A DNA stretch of 64,000 nt, taken from NCBI GenBank assembly GCA_964346765.1, contig CAYFWB010000001.1, positions 226,087 to 290,086 on the forward strand. Reading direction: 5' to 3'. Both the position numbers and the translations under genes were made by a program. Of the stretch, positions 61,376-64,000 are shown one piece after another; position 1 is the stretch's first letter; every line of letters begins with the position of its first letter. A model generated the notes under the pieces. The model saw nothing but the letters and a program-made list of their open reading frames with translations, made no database searches and was not told the origin of the DNA. Origin of the DNA: an uncultured Candidatus Peribacteria bacterium. GTDB lineage: Bacteria > Patescibacteriota > Gracilibacteria > UBA1369.

Positions 61376-62350
61376 TTATTTATTATTTCTTAAAAAGAAC
61401 GCACAAGCATCTCCTTGATTCTTTAGGTTTAATTTTTTTGCTTTTTGTTTGAATACTGTAATTTCTGTATTTGAGAAAATTGAATTTGATGGATCTACTC
61501 CATATGAACGAGGATCTTTTAAAGGTATATTTTTGAGATATTGTTCACTTCCCCAAAATTGAAAATCAGTTGAGTTATACACAATTTCTTCTAAATTAAG
61601 ATTTACCTTTTCTGCTAGTAAGGTAATGCTTTTGATCGAATGGAGAAAGAAATGTCTTGGTGCATCAAGTTGAACCCAATTCTCTCTATAATGTTCCCAA
61701 GCATAAGAAGAGACAGTCGGGACTATAATTAAACAAATTCCTTTTTTGTTAAGTAATCTTGAAACAGACCAAAGAGTCTCTGTAGGGTCTGGGATATGTT
61801 CAAAAGAATGATGAAACATTATTAGATCCCATTTACCATCAAGTTTGTGAATTGACTTTTTTAAGATTTTTAATCCATTTTTGTATTCAATATCGTCCTT
61901 GATATAAGGATCAATGCCTAATAAATTTCTAAAACCAATTTCTTTGTAGCTATGGAGAAGAGAGCCGCTTCCGCATCCAACATCTAATATGGTAATATTT
62001 TTTGATAGATGAACCCGTGATGCCCATTGGTGGCTTTCTAGAGGAAAAAAAGTGTAAATTAATTTACCAAGAGCTCCTTTTTTTTGGATAGCATAGCTGT
62101 TTCTTAAATTTTTAATAAATCTCTTCATTGGATTTTTTGATCCTTCTAGGGAAGGCAAGAGAAAGCTGTAGTAATTCGAAGGATAGTATTTTGACATATC
62201 TTCGGGGAAATCAGCAATTTGAAGGCATCCACATTTCGAACACTGGAAATAAGTGAATTTATCTCTAAAACCAAACATCATTTCTTTCACTTCATATACC
62301 TTATTCCCATTCGAGTTATTACAAATTTTACATTTCATATTTTTCTCCAT
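61376..62350 (-). CDS. class I SAM-dependent methyltransferase with an N-terminal zinc-ribbon, cassette ORF
   Basis: CKICNN...CSKCGC zinc ribbon and SAM motif I (ILDVGCGSGSL). Confidence 0.8.
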   Translation of the reverse strand: MEKNMKCKICNNSNGNKVYEVKEMMFGFRDKFTYFQCSKCGCLQIADFPEDMSKYYPSNYYSFLLPSLEGSKNPMKRFIKNLRNSYAIQKKGALGKLIYTFFPLESHQWASRVHLSKNITILDVGCGSGSLLHSYKEIGFRNLLGIDPYIKDDIEYKNGLKILKKSIHKLDGKWDLIMFHHSFEHIPDPTETLWSVSRLLNKKGICLIIVPTVSSYAWEHYRENWVQLDAPRHFFLHSIKSITLLAEKVNLNLEEIVYNSTDFQFWGSEQYLKNIPLKDPRSYGVDPSNSIFSNTEITVFKQKAKKLNLKNQGDACAFFLRNNK

Positions 62351-62378
62351 TATTTTTAATTTTTATGTCAGAGATTTC

Positions 62379-62500
62379 GCCTAACGTCCATGAATAACTG
62401 AAGTTTGGTGGCGGTATAATTTGAAGCGGAGCGACATACCTCCGCCAAATTTGGGAGTAGTGAACCGAAGGCGAACGGAACCGCAAAGTCTTTGTTATGT
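62379..62500 (-). repeat. attC-like imperfect palindrome
   Basis: GCCTAAC|GTCCATG..., hairpin AAGTTTGGTGGCGG/CCGCCAAATTT, then ...CTTT|GTTATGT. Confidence 0.6.
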
Positions 62501-62509
62501 GATGTTAAG

Positions 62510-63217
62510 TTATGACACGGGAGTGCTGATTTTTTCGGTAATTATCTTAATAATTTTTTCATTGTTTTCTTTTTGTCTAGGATTATTTGTTTGATTATTG
62601 ATATATCGTTCATAAAATATTACCATCTCTGAATAATTAGTGTCATTTTTTAGTTTTTTCAAAATTTCATATTTGTTGAGTGTTGTTATGCCTTGTATCC
62701 ACAAAAAATTTCTTATTATTTCACCAATATATAAATTTTTTTGAAGAATATTTTTAGATTTTTTATGCTTTTCTAATAACAGATTGATTTTATCGACATA
62801 TTCTTTTTTTGAAGGAGTAGCCAATTTTAATTTTGATACTACATCATCGCCAAAAATTAAAATGTTATTTTGCTTAAGATCTTCAAAAAAATAGGTGAAT
62901 ATTTTTAGTTTTGAATTTTTATATGAACCTTCTATCTCCCAAGGCATATCAATAATTTTTTCAAAATGAGAAGTCTTTAATTTTGAAAAAACGGAATTCA
63001 GTTTTTTTGATAATTCTGTACTAATTATAGATGCATTTTTTTTAGTTATGTCATTATCAAAAATAATTAGTACATCAATGTCGCTTATTCCTAAAACGAA
63101 ATCTCCACGAGCAAGACTTCCCACAATATAGACAGACTTTATGAATTGTCCGTTTATGTTAGACTTATTGTTATTAAAAAAATTATTAATTTTAGCAATT
63201 ATTTGATCCTTGTTCAT
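62510..63217 (-). CDS. nucleotidyltransferase-domain protein (GS-x9-SDIDxL), cassette ORF
   Basis: VYIVGSLARGDFVLGISDIDVLIIF polymerase-beta-type NTase motif plus a helical C-terminal domain. Confidence 0.75.
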   Translation of the reverse strand: MNKDQIIAKINNFFNNNKSNINGQFIKSVYIVGSLARGDFVLGISDIDVLIIFDNDITKKNASIISTELSKKLNSVFSKLKTSHFEKIIDMPWEIEGSYKNSKLKIFTYFFEDLKQNNILIFGDDVVSKLKLATPSKKEYVDKINLLLEKHKKSKNILQKNLYIGEIIRNFLWIQGITTLNKYEILKKLKNDTNYSEMVIFYERYINNQTNNPRQKENNEKIIKIITEKISTPVS

Positions 63218-63266
63218 GAAAATATTATTAAGGTTTCAAAAGGAGGTGGTGTCATTACTTAATTTC

Positions 63267-63380
63267 ACATAACGTTCGCGACTATGCGAAGTTGCACGGG
63301 TGTATAATAGCCGAAAGCGAAAACCCGTGCAATTTGGGAGAGCGAACGGAGCGATAGCGGAATGAGTGAACCAGTTATTC
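63267..63380 (-). repeat. attC-like imperfect palindrome
   Basis: ACATAAC|GTTCGCGACTATGCGAAGTT, hairpin GCACGGGT/ACCCGTGC, AATTTGGG, then ...ACCA|GTTATTC. Confidence 0.55.
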
Positions 63381-63486
63381 ATTTTTTTGATAAGTAGCAC
63401 GCTGTCATCCTTAATAGCCAAAAGCATACACTCCAATGTGTTTATGTTGTTTCATAGGTTTTTATTTAGTTAGCCCAGCTAATTTT

Positions 63487-63583
63487 GCCTAACGTTCCAG
63501 TATATCTGATGTTTGCCGTAGTGAAACGGAGGCAAATATGGGTCGAGCGACGGCAGGAGCGAGCCAGATATACGCTGTTGTCC
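63487..63583 (-). repeat. attC-like imperfect palindrome
   Basis: GCCTAAC|GTTCCAGTATATCTGA pairs with CCAGATATACGCTG (2-nt bulge). Hairpin TTTGCC/GGCAAA, then ...|GTTGTCC. Confidence 0.6.
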
Positions 63584-63689
63584 GACCCGAGCGGAACGTA
63601 GTGGAGCGAGAGTGCAATGAGGCAAGTCCGTAAGGATAGCGAAGGACGTAGCGTACATTTTTTATCTTTCTTTTTTCTCCATTAATTTA

Positions 63690-64000
63690 TCAACGCAAAG
63701 TCCAGCCACCATCTACTACCAATACTTGTCCGGTAATGTAATTAGATTTATTGGAAGCTAAAAAAACCGTTGCTTGTGCAATATCATCAGGGGTGCCCAT
63801 TTTTTTCCATGGAATGGCAGCTATGAATCCCTTTTTAGCCTCATCTGTTAGGTTTTTTGTTACTCCTGGTGTTTCAATGGCACCTGGTGCGACCGCGTTC
63901 ACATTTATTTTTTTGTCTGCAAGTTCTAAAGCAAGTGCCCTGCTCATCCCATTTACCCCGCCTTTTGAAGCGCAATAATGAACCAACCCTTCAAATCCTA
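63690..64000 (-). CDS. short-chain dehydrogenase/reductase (FabG-like), 5' part beyond the window edge
   Basis: The YxxxK catalytic motif (HYCASKGG) and PGAIETP are present. The frame stays open to position 64000, so the tracked TTG start is probably internal. Confidence 0.85.
   Translation of the reverse strand, partial: GFEGLVHYCASKGGVNGMSRALALELADKKINVNAVAPGAIETPGVTKNLTDEAKKGFIAAIPWKKMGTPDDIAQATVFLASNKSNYITGQVLVVDGGWTLR

Larger units (their letters stand above)
52234..64000 (-). mobile_element. integron-like gene-cassette array (attC-like sites, no integrase inside the window; continues past the right edge)
   Basis: All ORFs lie on the minus strand and are separated by related imperfect palindromes bounded by RYYYAAC...GTTRRRY. 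Cassette ends are mutually complementary up to the AAC/GTT triplet. Cargo is heterogeneous and two IS elements are inserted in the repeats. Confidence 0.6.

Noticed and set aside
53216-63583. The regularly spaced intergenic repeats as a CRISPR array.
   Set aside because: The repeats are 95-126 bp and non-identical, and are internally palindromic with conserved AAC/GTT ends. They are separated by 0.2-1 kb protein-coding segments rather than ~30-bp spacers. No cas genes are present.

Overview
AT-rich bacterial chromosomal segment. The gene content suggests a reduced-genome Patescibacteria/CPR-type organism: fused SecDF, PEGA/TPR/SLH surface proteins, an orphan VirB4-like ATPase, a prepilin peptidase, patchy metabolism and many small N-terminally anchored secreted proteins. 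There is no rRNA in the window, so this taxonomy is inference only. The host uses the standard code: TGA terminates several good genes and the long ORFs have no in-frame TGA. Positions 1 to ~51.4 kb are a dense housekeeping block: dnaG-rpoD-greA, lgt, pyrG, trpS, priA, an ABC exporter, tRNA-Arg(TCG), secDF, GDP-mannose genes, gpmI, pilD-like peptidase, ruvC, pyk, glmS, a purQ/purS-like fusion, pepP, ruvA, tgt, aroC, rpmE, gyrA, VirB4-like ATPase, S41 protease, gyrB, rpsU and prmC-prfA. From ~52.2 kb to the right edge the character changes. At least 12 short, compositionally heterogeneous ORFs all lie on the minus strand. They are separated by related ~95-126 bp imperfect palindromes that begin RYYYAAC and end GTTRRRY. 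The two ends of each cassette are reverse complements of each other, and that complementarity stops exactly at the AAC/GTT triplet. I read this as an integron-type gene-cassette array with attC-like sites. No integrase is in the window; if one exists it should lie beyond 64000. Two insertion sequences sit inside attC-like sites. One is an intact IS110-family element with a ~200 nt structured leader (candidate bridge RNA). The other is an IS4-like element whose transposase has one in-frame TGA at the conserved Gly of the DRGY motif. Other points worth a second look are a parvulin PPIase domain embedded in SecDF, a PilC/GspF-N-like repeat protein, the VirB4-like ATPase between gyrA and gyrB, and an orphan PurQ-PurS-like fusion. 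Coordinates of non-ORF features were counted by hand and may be off by 1-2 nt.
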